A stretch of 64,000 bases of DNA from Laetmonice hystrix (taxonomy: Eukaryota). Under the pieces are notes generated by a model. That model was not told where the DNA came from. It saw nothing but the letters and a program-made list of their open reading frames with translations, and made no database searches. Position numbers and translations under genes: made by a program. The stretch lies in the NCBI GenBank assembly GCA_965235115.1, contig OZ249437.1:13764001-13828000 (forward strand). Reading direction: 5' to 3'. Numbering within the stretch: position 1 is the first letter of the stretch; every line of letters starts with the position of its first letter. Shown here piece by piece: positions 26,301 through 38,300 of this stretch.

Positions 26301-29300
26301 CTCGTATCGTTGTTTTCTCCCGTCTCTTTTGTTTTTGTTCGGGGCCCACAACCGCAATCATGCTGATGTCTGGTGATAGTGAATGCTGCGAGATAGACCA
26401 CCAGGTGGCGTCACGTCGTCGACGCTGTACGTCAGACGCTCAAACCTGGCCGGATACAACGCGGCGCAGGATTCGGTGACGCTCATGTCAAACATAATTT
26501 CTCATATAAGGAGGTATCGCCTTTGGCCGGAAAGGTAAACGAGATTGAAATTAACAGAGCTGACAGCCTGGAGTATTTCACGGCCGCCTTGGTACTTGGT
26601 GTTGTCCCAAGGCGCCTGAGTTATCAGGCGCGGAGACCAGAAGGACGGATGACCCATCCCACACGTTAATCTCAACGGCAAAATGAGAAACGTGCTCCGA
26701 GTCCTGATTCTACCACGAGGTTAAGTATGCAACACGTCACACCGAGGCGTGGTCCAACAAAGACACAAGAACGAACACTTCATGTACTTTACAGACGTGA
26801 GGGAAACAATTGTCTGTTTGTAAGTCCCTGCCAAACGTTATTGTAGCAGCCCGACCAATGGCTGCTCGTCGACGAGAGAGGTTCAAGACGCAAGAGGTTG
26901 GGGCGATAGGAAGAACATAGTAGAAAAGTGTTTTATCTTTGTGATTACAAAACGTTTGTAAAGAACTGGGACCTCTGGTTATCGGATTATTTAACTCTCT
27001 GGAAAAATCATGAAAAAAATGGAATGAAAATTGAAGAAACGCAGAGAGTACAAGAGACGTATCTCTACAGATGAATTAATGAATCAAAATAAATGAATAA
27101 ATAAACAAAGGCAACCTTTATGAGAAGAGCCTTCACCGTAAATATAGTCCTTATTATTTGGAAATCTCTCCGACAACAGAATGTGTTTTACTGTACTACA
27201 GTAAGTCTGTCTCGGGATTTCTAAAGAAGTTTAGGCAGAACTTCATCTCGGCCAGGCTGAATGTTGTAACACTTGGCACATATTGCATCTTATCGAGTCC
27301 CGCATAAATCCAATCGTAATCAGGCAGTAAAACTGTTCTTGCTCGAAACGACACGAGGGAGAAGCCCGCATCTAGGCTGTCGCGCTGATGTCATGTTTAG
27401 CTGGTACCAGTGCGTGAGATAGAAACACACAATTGATCAAAGACACTGCTGGATGAACAACACAATCCCTCCCGTCAGACAGCGACACAATACATTCTCT
27501 GACTGTGAAGACAAAGGTTAAGTGTTCCTCGTATAGCAGAAATGTCAGTATCAGCACTTAGTGGTTTCGTTTGTTTCATGGAAAGAAGAAGACCTATCAG
27601 CAGGTCTGGTCGAGGGGCAGCAGCTGTAGGGTCTCGGGGCCTTTAGGTCGACCGGGACCTAACATCTGTTCTTTAGCTCAAACAGCTGATAAAGGAAGGC
27701 TTCAATGGACCCAGGTCTTTGGAGGAAGAAACCTTTAAGAAACAACCATCCTTTTGTAGCACAAGTATATAGCAAGCAATACCAGATCTAGAGACTGAAA
27801 CATAATAGACTTTAAAGCGGAGCCTGCACCTGAAATTATCATGTTCACACCTTGAAGAAGGTGATATTAAATTCGACACTCCCAAATAATTAAAGCGTGA
27901 AAGACGAAGCTGGCATACGATCATTGTAAGTGTAATGCTTTGAGCGAACTAATAAATGACAGGGGTCCGCCATGTACGCCTGTGCAATTGTGAATTCAAT
28001 TTATATACACATGAAAAAAAAAGAAGACGAAGGATAACTTCAATATATTAAATATATAAATTGACGGAAGGCATGGCAGGAATAAGTTGTTCCATAGCTG
28101 TCTAGGATGTATGATTTTAAGCCTGACATTATGCATCCATGAAATCTTCCAGTCAGCGACATGGTTTTCATAGCTGATTATTTTCACGGAACACCTGTAC
28201 CTCCGACCTTGCCTTTCAAATCCTATCCAGGCTTCCAGAGGAACCATGCAGGTCAAAGTATAGGTAAATGGGGCAACGTACCCGGTATGCATTCAAAGGC
28301 CGCCTCCAGGTAAGGTGTTGTGTCCTCGGGGCAGGGTTGGGTGGCGTACAATGTCGGGTTCGGGATGCTGAGCTCACAACGTCTCTGACCCGAACATACC
28401 CGGTCCATGAACACCAGCACGTCGACGCTGCACCCCAGGTAACCAAGGTTACGCTTCACGCAGCGCCCAATTTGCATACGGCCGTATCTCGCGGATTTCA
28501 TTAGGATCACGTGATCGCGAGAACACGTTGCGTTGAAGGTGTCCATGTTGCAGTACTCATTGCTTCCTGAAAAATATAAAATAAACCAATGAGATAAATA
28601 AATAGCACAAAGGTCAAGGTCAGTGTTTTTATACCAAAGCCAAGACAGGTCACTCATCTGTGGTCTGACCCATGTGGACAATGCAATGTGTTTCATTTTA
28701 AGGGCAGTTATGTTCTATAACATAGAGAACCTAATGTTTGACAAACAAAAACGACACTAATGGCTGGTAAACGTTGGAACACCGGCATTTATAATTTTAA
28801 TGCCCGTCGGTGCTTACTGCTTGACGTCAGTGCGTATCTGGTCATTAATGCACCTTTAATGTGAACGGCCCTTAGATGCCTTGCAGCGGTGTATCCGGTA
28901 CTTCAAAGTTAATAGAGGAACTATCGGCGGCAAACGACAGAATCAGCAAAATGATGCATTTCCAGAGTTGATCGGCTCGGTCGAAATGATGTCGCCCGAG
29001 GCCGGACTCTGTGTTTTAATGATAAAACCGTGTACCTCCCTCTAAAACAGTCTTCGCCAACAATGGGCCATTATTAGCACGACTACTCACGTGTGTTGTG
29101 AACCGTCGGGGACTACACACAACGACTCTGGGTCAAGGCACCATTAGCAAATGAAAAAATACAATAACTGTATGTATAAGTACCATTTCAATTTTCTCCG
29201 AAAAAAAATTACACAACATGATTTCATCAAAGAGAGAGTTATAAAGGGTAAGGTATTTCCCATCACGAGTTCATTTCATACTGAACTGTATCTGAACACA

Positions 29301-32300
29301 AGGATCTAATATTTCGATATGGGACTACAATAATACTCAATGCTTTTTAAGTTACATTTCTCGCTCAAGACAAACTTAATTATCATTTCAGGTGGGATTA
29401 CGATATATTCCGCATAGTCCTTACCTAAAGAATTCACAATGCTGTCTCCCTATACCACGGGGACGGGTACTAGTAACCCTCTGGTGTTGTCACACGCCTA
29501 CACACAGAATATGCTAACACATACCAGGAGGGTATAAGACTTGGGGCCCCCAGCCCCCCAGCCCCCCCCCCCCTCGCGGTGAGGAACCCAGATCAAACAT
29601 TGTCAAGGAGACCGAAGGCGTTACGCATTCCGCGACGTTCCCTCCCCGTCCATTCAGCCAGTATGGATTTGAGAGACGCTAACACGATTAGAGCGGCTTA
29701 GTGTTTAAGGAGACCGATGGCAGCGTCTGACAAGGGACGCCATGTGAAACCCAAACAGATGGCGCCCTGGAGAGAGATAAACCAACAGGCGGTCGGTCGG
29801 TACGTCCCTCCGTACGTCCGTCTGTCCGTCTCTGGGACCAGTGGTCGGCCGCGGGGCTGGGACGGTGGCAACCGGTGGGACTCGTACAGACAACTCGGCT
29901 CGGCAAACAGCGGGACTCGGCAAACAGTCGTACTCGTACAGACGACTCGGCTCAGCAAACAGTGGGACTCATCAAACACTCGGACTCGTACAGACGACTC
30001 GGCTCGGCAAACAGCGGGACTCGTACAGACGACTCGGCTCGGCAAACAGCCGGACTCATCAAACAGTCGGACTCGTACAGACGACTCGGCTCGACAAACA
30101 GCGGGACTCGGCAAACACTCGGACTCGTACAGACGACTCGGCTCGGCAAACAGTGGGACTCAGCAAACACTCGGACTCGTACAGACGACTCGGCTCGGCA
30201 AACAGTCGGACTCGTACAAACGACTCGGGTCAGAAAACGGCAGGCTGGGACTCGGTAAACTGCGGGCTGGACGGTGGGACTCGTGGGCTCAAACCGCCTG
30301 GCGTTTAAAGGAATCACATAGAGATGATGTTGAGATGGTGATGAGGATGGTAGAGGTTGGGAAGGGTCTATGTTCTGTACCATTCCAATAACTAAGATCT
30401 CTCTGTACCTAATGACCTCATCTCACACATCTCCCATATAAACTCCATATCAATCTCTGTTGTCGCATCAACCACATCTTTCCGCACATCTACCATGACT
30501 CCGTCAGTAAGCATGCCTTGTGCAGCATTATTGTCCCCCCCCCCCAAAGATGAATCATTACAGAGACCTACAATCAGCTAACTACAAAAATATCATTTAT
30601 GCAGGCAGAACTCGGACACCTTATTGTTGTTGAATGGGTGACACATATTTATTCAATATTAAAACAAAAGGATGTAAATATTCAGAAAGTGAGCCCACGC
30701 TGCACTGACTGACAGTGATATACAAGATAAGATTGAAATGTGTCACCACCCAGGGTGAGCCCTCACTGCACCATCCGGGTTAAGAAGAATGTAAAAATTG
30801 AATATGATTCAAACAGAAGAAGATATAAGTTATCTAAGGATAATATTGTGACGATAGTTTCTCCTGGACAGTGAGCCCACACTGCACTGCCTGGAAGGGT
30901 TGTTATAAGTTTGAGGAGACTGGGTGTAATAATGAACAAAGTTGTTGTAAGTGGTATAGATTCTGAATTATGTGTCTGTCAAAAAGGGGTAGTAGGTGGC
31001 GACAGTGCCACGAAGAACCGGAATACGGTAGGAGGAAGATGGGGAGGCGGCGGGATTGAAAAATTCGTGGATGTCCGACTGAAGACGTAATGGCGACGAT
31101 GAGACGCATGTGGAAGATGACCTTGACCTCAACTGTATATCACGTCACGTGTTCCCCTGGCGGAGGCAGGGGCAATTTGAGTTATCCGGAGAAATAGCGC
31201 CCACTTGCGGCTTAGATGAGAATTACCGAGTTCTCCTGCATAAAACTCGTCGAGCCTGCGGCTGCAACGTTCCTTTATGCAGGCAGAACTCGGACACCTT
31301 ATTGTTGTTGAATGGGTGACACATATTTATTCAATATTAAAACAAAAGGATGTAAATATTCAGAAAGTGAGCCCACGCTGCACTGACTGACAGTGATATA
31401 CAAGATAAGATTGAAATGTGTCACCACCCAGGGTGAGCCCTCACTGCACCATCCGGGTTAAGAAGAATGTAAAAATTGAATATGATTCAAACAGAAGAAG
31501 ATATAAGTTATCTAAGGATAATATTGTGACGATAGTTTCTCCTGGACAGTGAGCCCACACTGCACTGCCTGGAAGGGTTGTTATAAGTTTGAGGAGACTG
31601 GGTGTAATAATGAACAAAGTTGTTGTAAGTGGTATAGATTCTGAATTATGTGTCTGTCAAAAAGGGGTAGTAGGTGGCGACAGTGCCACCAACCTGCCAG
31701 TTGGCAGGTGGAGCCACCAAAAGAAAAAAGAACTGACGACTCAACAACAAAATGAGTCAAATTGACATCTTATCTGGGGTTAAGAGAACCCGAGCTGATC
31801 CACATGGAATGTCACACCAAATCCAAAGGTTGACGATTGAAGGTGCCGTATCCAGGTCTGGTTAAATGGGTTTAACTGTGAGGAGCGGGCTCTACGGAGA
31901 GTCTGTGTGTTAAAAGCCCCTGTACAACTCCAAACCATCGTCTCCCGATGACATGAAACATAAGAAGATCTGGTCAGTAAAGTATGAACTGTAAGTCATT
32001 CTCAAGGTGAGGTTGAAACTCCGATGTAGGAATTCGACGGAAGATACATTCAGATGAACTTTCCAACTACAGTCAAGGCACGCACACAAGCTAAAACCCA
32101 CTCGCTATATAAAGGAGAATAACGAAACGATGGCGAGAACCATCGGCGAGACGGGTAGTCACTGCCAACACTTGCTAAGTGAATGATAAATCGCACCCAA
32201 AGGTGCAACGTCCCAACCACACGGGGCAAGGCACGGCAGATAAATAAAGTACCACTCGCTAAGTAAAAGAAAATGGACCAAACATTGGCACAAATTCAAT

Positions 32301-35300
32301 CACATGGGGCGAGACTGACGGTACAGTGCAACTTTGCTAAGTGAATGAGAAATCGCACCCAAAAGCGAACATCCCACCACAGGGGCAAAGCACGCACACC
32401 TAACAGTGCAACACTTGCTAAGTGAATGAGAAACCGCACCCAAAGGTGCAACGTCCCCACCACACGGTGCAAGGCACGCACACAGAATAACGTGCAACCT
32501 TGAATAAATGAATTTGAGGAAATATAAGTAATGGAATAATCACCACATGGGCAAAGCACGAACACCTAACAGCGGAACACTTGCTAAGTAAATGAGAAAC
32601 AGCACCCAAAGGAGCAACGTCCCCACCACACGGTGCAAGGCACGCACACAGAATAACGTGCAACCTTGAATAAGTAAATCTGAGGAAATATAAGTAATGG
32701 AATAATGACCATCATATACGTCAATAGTACCTCAGATGGATCAAAATGTAAAAAAATGGGAAGGCAGGGGGATAATAACCTGTATCATGGCCCAGAATAA
32801 TATTAGGTATACGTAATAATCGATTATTACGATAGAAATATAATTGTCCAAGAATTGAAATACCTGATGAGCCAAAATATAAAACTGTGGTTCCAGAAGA
32901 ACAATACGTACCATGATGTCCAATAATAGAGAAGTAAAGATATAAGAAAACCAATAATAATGACACAATCCCGTGATCCAATCACTAAAGCAGTAGCCTT
33001 AATGAGATGATTCAACATAAAAAACCTGTGAACCCATCAGGACTATAATATATTATGATGGGTAAATATAGATAAGTAAATATATTACAATAATAATAAT
33101 AACGACAGAATATCACTTGTCCAACCACTGTACCAGTGGACCAATAACCTATAACCTAACCAATAACCTATCATGATGTCCCAGTATAGGGAAGTAAAGA
33201 TAGGAGAATAATAATAATAATGGCACGGATCCATTGATCCAACCAAAACCCATCAGGACCATAACACATTATAATGGGTAAATATAGAAAAGTAATATAT
33301 TATAATAATCAATAATCATGATAGAAATATGACTTGTCCACCCCGTACCAGTGAACCAGTAGTATAAGATGGATAAACTATAAAACTGTGTTTCAATGAA
33401 CAATACCATATCATGATGTCCCAGTATACGAAAGTAAAGCTATAAGAAGATAATAACAATGGCACGGATCCATTGATCCAACCAAAACACCAGGACTATA
33501 ACACATTATGGCACGGATCCATTGATCCAACCAAAACATCAGGACCATAACAGATTATGGCACGGATCCATTGATCCAACCAAAACACCAGGACTATAAC
33601 ACATTATGGCACGGATCCATTGATGCAACCAAAAACCAGGACTATAACACATTATGGCACGGATCCATTGATCCAACCAAAACACCAGGACTATAACACA
33701 TTATGGCACGGATCCATTGATCCAACCAAAACATCAGGACTATAACACATTATGGCACGGATCCATTGATCCAACCAAAACATCAGGACTATAACACATT
33801 ATGGCACGGATCCATTGATCCAACCGAAACATCGGGACTATAACACATTATGGCACGGATCCATTGATCCAACCAAAACATCGGGACTATAACACATTAT
33901 GGCACGGATCCATTGATCCAACCGAAACATCGGGACTATAACACATTATGGCACGGATCCATTGATCCAACCGAAACATCGGGACTATAACACATTATGG
34001 CACGGATCCATTGATCCAACCAAAACCCATCAGGCCCATAACACATTATAATGGGTAACTATAGAAAAGTAAATATATTATAATACTCAATAATCATGAT
34101 AGAAATATAACTTCTCCACCCAGTACCAGTGAACCAGTACTATAAGATGGATAAAATATAAAACTGTGTTTCAAGGAACAATAACATATCATGATGTCCC
34201 AGTATAGGAAAGTAAAGATAAGAAAATAATAATAATGGCACGGATCCATTGATCCAACCACTAAACCAGTCTCTCATGTGATGACATGATTCCGCATAGA
34301 AAACTGGGAACCGATCAGGACCATAACACATTATGATGGGTAAATATAGAAAAGTAAATATATTATTATAATAATCAATAATAACGATAGAGATATCACT
34401 TGTCCAAGGAGTACCAGTGAACCATTACCATAAGATGAGTCAAAATATAAAAAGAAAAGTAAAGATATAAGAATAATAATAACGGCACGGATCCATTGAT
34501 CCAACCACTAAACCAGTCCCTCAGGTGAGACAAAATATAGTCAGATTAAAAGTGTAACCCGATCGTATCCTAACAACTTATAATGGTTACAAACGTAAAT
34601 ATATAAATAATAATTATAAATTCAACTGATCCAACCATTAAAGATCAGTCAGTACAGATGAGTTATGAAAAACTGTGAAATGTCGAGTTGTCCGCTAGAC
34701 AACCTATATAATATAGAATCATGGTTGTCTGCAGGAATTTCTGCCAATTCTGGTTGACCCGCACTGTACCAATGCCTGGAACATCCTTTTGCTCTTCTTC
34801 TTCTTCTTCCTACGCTCCTGTTCCTGGTTTGTTTGTGTGGAATTGGGACTACCCAGTGAACAGGAGACGATTATGTCACCTATCATCCACTCGTAGAGAG
34901 TCGAACAATCAGGCGGTCGGCCTGCTGTTCCAGAGCCAAATTTGAGGTTATCAAATGGACAACCGTGCCATAAAGGCAGGGTTGTAACTTGTACGACCTC
35001 GCTTTATGTTGTCTCGTACAACCGTACAACCACTTACTTGAATGGTAAAAGGTATTAAATATATTATAATAAACAGAATAATGTATGAATCCACCGGTCC
35101 CAGACCGAACCAGGGCAATCAAATTAAGTAGAAGAAATGAAAACCATTAAACAACAAGATTAGATCTGGGGATATAAAGAATAATAATACTCCATGGTGA
35201 TGATAAAATTTGACTGGTCCTAGACCGAACCATTAGATAAAACAGGGCAAAGCTACATTAATGAGGAGTTAATAAAGATGAATGCCAGAGCTGAACATTT

Positions 35301-38300
35301 ATTTACACTGGACAGACTGAGGGAACTAAGGTAGATGATCATGATATATTGTGACTGTAATATAACGTATAATTATAACGTCTAGAAGGAGATACCGAAT
35401 TAAATAATATAGTATGGTATAGTAAGTAGATGTATACCGGTACCATAATGATATTATAGAGTATAAGGAGGGATTCAAGCCCCTGTACCTGTGCTTAAAC
35501 GAAAGAATGGTAGGGCTAGAATGGAATCATTGTAAATATTAATATAACAGAGAGACGTCGTTGGAGAACGTACTACTTGGATCAGATTATATATCCTATA
35601 TTATATTAAGGTATAATATAATGTAACTATGACATTTCAATTCAAATAAGCGGCAGGCTAACGTGACTAGGGCTACTACAGCTCCTATAACTAAGTTATA
35701 GGTACCAGGACGACAGAGTGAAAAGTAGTTTTATTAGAGACAATTGAAAACTAACGTTAGGCCTAACACTGTAGATAGAGTGTTGTAACACTAACGTCGT
35801 TAGTTAGGCTACGTTATAATATAAATTATGAGGTTAGGCTATCGTGAATCAATAATTATAGCCTAAATTAGGTCACAAGCAACCTAATGATGCCGAATTT
35901 AACAGTAGGGCTAGGCCTTTTAATGAGACCCTATCCTACTTAACTTATCGTCGACGAGACATCTTCCCCTTGAGGCTTGACATGCGGGCGACTCCCAGTC
36001 GGGACGCAGACGCGCACGTGTCCAAATTCAAGGACGACGGGCTGCCCTACAAAACTCTTGAGACGGAATAGGCTACAGGCCCGGCCTGGGTCGTCAAGCG
36101 GGGGGAATGGGATCCCGATCGTCACGAAACCATGGTATCAAACGGCAAAAGAACACGTCCAGCAAAACCAGTGATAAACGTCCCATGACGTAGCCAACAC
36201 GACAAGGAAGGCGCAAGGCAGAATCAACGCTGCATGCCAAATTGAAAAATTCGTGGATGTCCGACTGAAGACGTAATGGCGACGATGAGACGCATGTGGA
36301 AGATGACCTTGACCTCAACTGTATATCACGTCACGTGTTCCCCTGGCGGAGGCAGGGGCAATTTGAGTTATCCGGAGAAATAGCGCCCACTTGCGGCTTA
36401 GATGAGAATTACCGAGTTCTCCTGCATAAAACTCGTCGAGCCTGCGGCTGCAACGTTCCTTAAACCAAGTCATTTCCTAATATATAATACACGTACCATA
36501 AAGATTAATAACTGATTTAAAAGGCTGATAAGGATTTTTGTCCCCTTTATGATGCGAATGAACGCTTGAAAAAGGACATAAATCTTCACGGAATAATACG
36601 TGCGCGCCAGAGAAAAACACAGATTCATTACCTGAGTAAATGGAAAGGTATAATACCACTGTAACAGTCTCCAGCATAGTGGCAACCGGCATCATCAGGA
36701 ACGGAATAGTTTCAAGCAAGCATATAATATAAAGAAACCAGGGCAAGGAAAGTTTTCTCTGATGCACAACCGACTATATATCGCCTAGCAAAAATAGGTG
36801 CACGGTTATATATGGTGATTTTCTATTTTTGATAATAAGATTCTGGGGGTTATCTGTCTATGTGTATTATCAAAGACCGTCTAAAGTAGATTAGACGGTC
36901 TTTGGTATTATGTACAGCACAGAGTCAAAGCCGTGAAATACTATAATACATTTAGCATAATGCCTTCGGTTTGATATGTGAATATCATACAGGAGATGAC
37001 GATGAGACAAAGTAAAAGCAACTATAATGTATGTTTCATTCGGCATTGTCACAGCGCCGGCTTCGTTAGCTGCTTTTTCACAGGTCCATTTTCTCGGATT
37101 GTGCAAATAATTGCTGCTTCTCCCTCCCGGCCCCACTTTAGCACGACAGAAAATCGTAATTAGTGCTTCCCTGCGTCTCAGCACTCAGTTGTCGCTCGCC
37201 GTTACGCCTCTCCATAATGTAATTAGTATTAATTTCTATCACTGAGTTTTGGACGCTAGAAAAGCAAATGAATAATTTCACAATTAAATCGGGATTTATT
37301 CGTCTTTGTAATGTTTTTCATGTTGACTGTGCAGACGTTGAGGGCCCATCCAGAGGTATAGCTTCCGGCGGTTTTACGTTGACGGAACGTACAGCGCCAC
37401 CTAGTAGAACGCTGGCCAACCTGGGGACTTATCATCCTCTTGCAGTGCCTTCTAATCTAACATATCGAATTAAAACACTGTCGCGCTTTGTTGGACTAAA
37501 TTGGAGTAATTCTTTTAGCGAAAGCGAAATGGCGTAGCCCTAGGCTTCAGTCATTACCTCAGTCCTGACTTTTCCAATGTGTGTGATTATCTAGTGCCTA
37601 CGACATACAACGATTTAAAATCAAATGAAGGTGAAAACTAGCGGAGCAAGACATTGAGGTTGGGGATGAAGATGGTGGGACAGATAGGTAGATCACTAGA
37701 TCACCAGATCACATCGAATCATGGATGTAACTTATACCAAAGAGATCCTTCTAGCTCGTTGCTTATAAATACTGATGCTGCATTTACTACATGCACATCA
37801 AAGTATGGCCGCCAGAGTGCGTTCATGCTATGGACTCTACTTGACTCTAATAATGATACGAGAGTTTTAAAGGGGGTCTACAGTAAACAGTATAAAATCC
37901 CTTGACGTGTGTACACTGACTGAAGTTGATGCTGGTCGTCTGGGCCCCAACAACTTCCAGATCAACCAAATCACCGGTGTTCCCTTGGGCAGTGCAATCG
38001 TGTTGAACAAATATATCCCCTGACGAACACCTTGGTTCACAACACAGCGCCCTACCTTCCACTTGAGGCAAACTTGATTCAGCGAAACTGGTCATTATTT
38101 TTCCTGTGACACGGCCGGAAATTGCGCAGTAACTCATGGCCCGGCGCCGAGGTTGTAGAAGAACGGGGAGGATGGTGGCATTTTCCCTGCAGAACTCTCT
38201 GTGGATATATTAGTTGTTGCAATCTATGCGAAAACGGGGCGGAATATATGGTTTAATTTGTTAAAAACTGCACACGTCAGCGAGAAGTCAAGCGATGGCC

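Larger units (their letters stand above)
30596..36461. mobile_element. 5.9-kb non-coding mobile element with X-Y-X...Y terminal arrangement (Helitron2/Helentron-like tandem; alternatively Ngaro/PAT-like split direct repeats)
   Basis: X (416 bp) lies at 30596-31011 and 31274-31689; Y (221 bp) at 31055-31275 and 36241-36461. Both pairs are identical by eye. All boundaries are TT. X starts TTTATGCAGGCAGAACTCGG, which is inverse to CCGAGTTCTCCTGCATAAA 31 nt inside the Y end. No RT, YR or Rep ORF was found. Confidence 0.8.

Noticed and set aside
26510-26540. Faint resemblance to the U2 snRNA 5' end (ATCGCCTTTGGCCGG)
   Set aside because: No branch-point recognition sequence (GTGTAGTA) or Sm site follows.
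29698-30391. Several long overlapping ORFs on both strands
   Set aside because: They all derive from the GACTC-module minisatellite; openness in many frames indicates low complexity.
33459-34050. CRISPR-like regular arrays (also 40640-41258 and 57144-57297)
   Set aside because: No unique spacers between repeats, no cas genes, and a eukaryotic context.
31690-36240. Expected RT/tyrosine-recombinase or Rep/helicase ORF inside the XYX...Y element
   Set aside because: No ORF over ~90 aa and no catalytic motifs were seen; the element is treated as non-autonomous.
37847-38137. Protein-like ORF fragments on both strands
   Set aside because: No family motif and no consistent splice signals; the length is within chance expectation.
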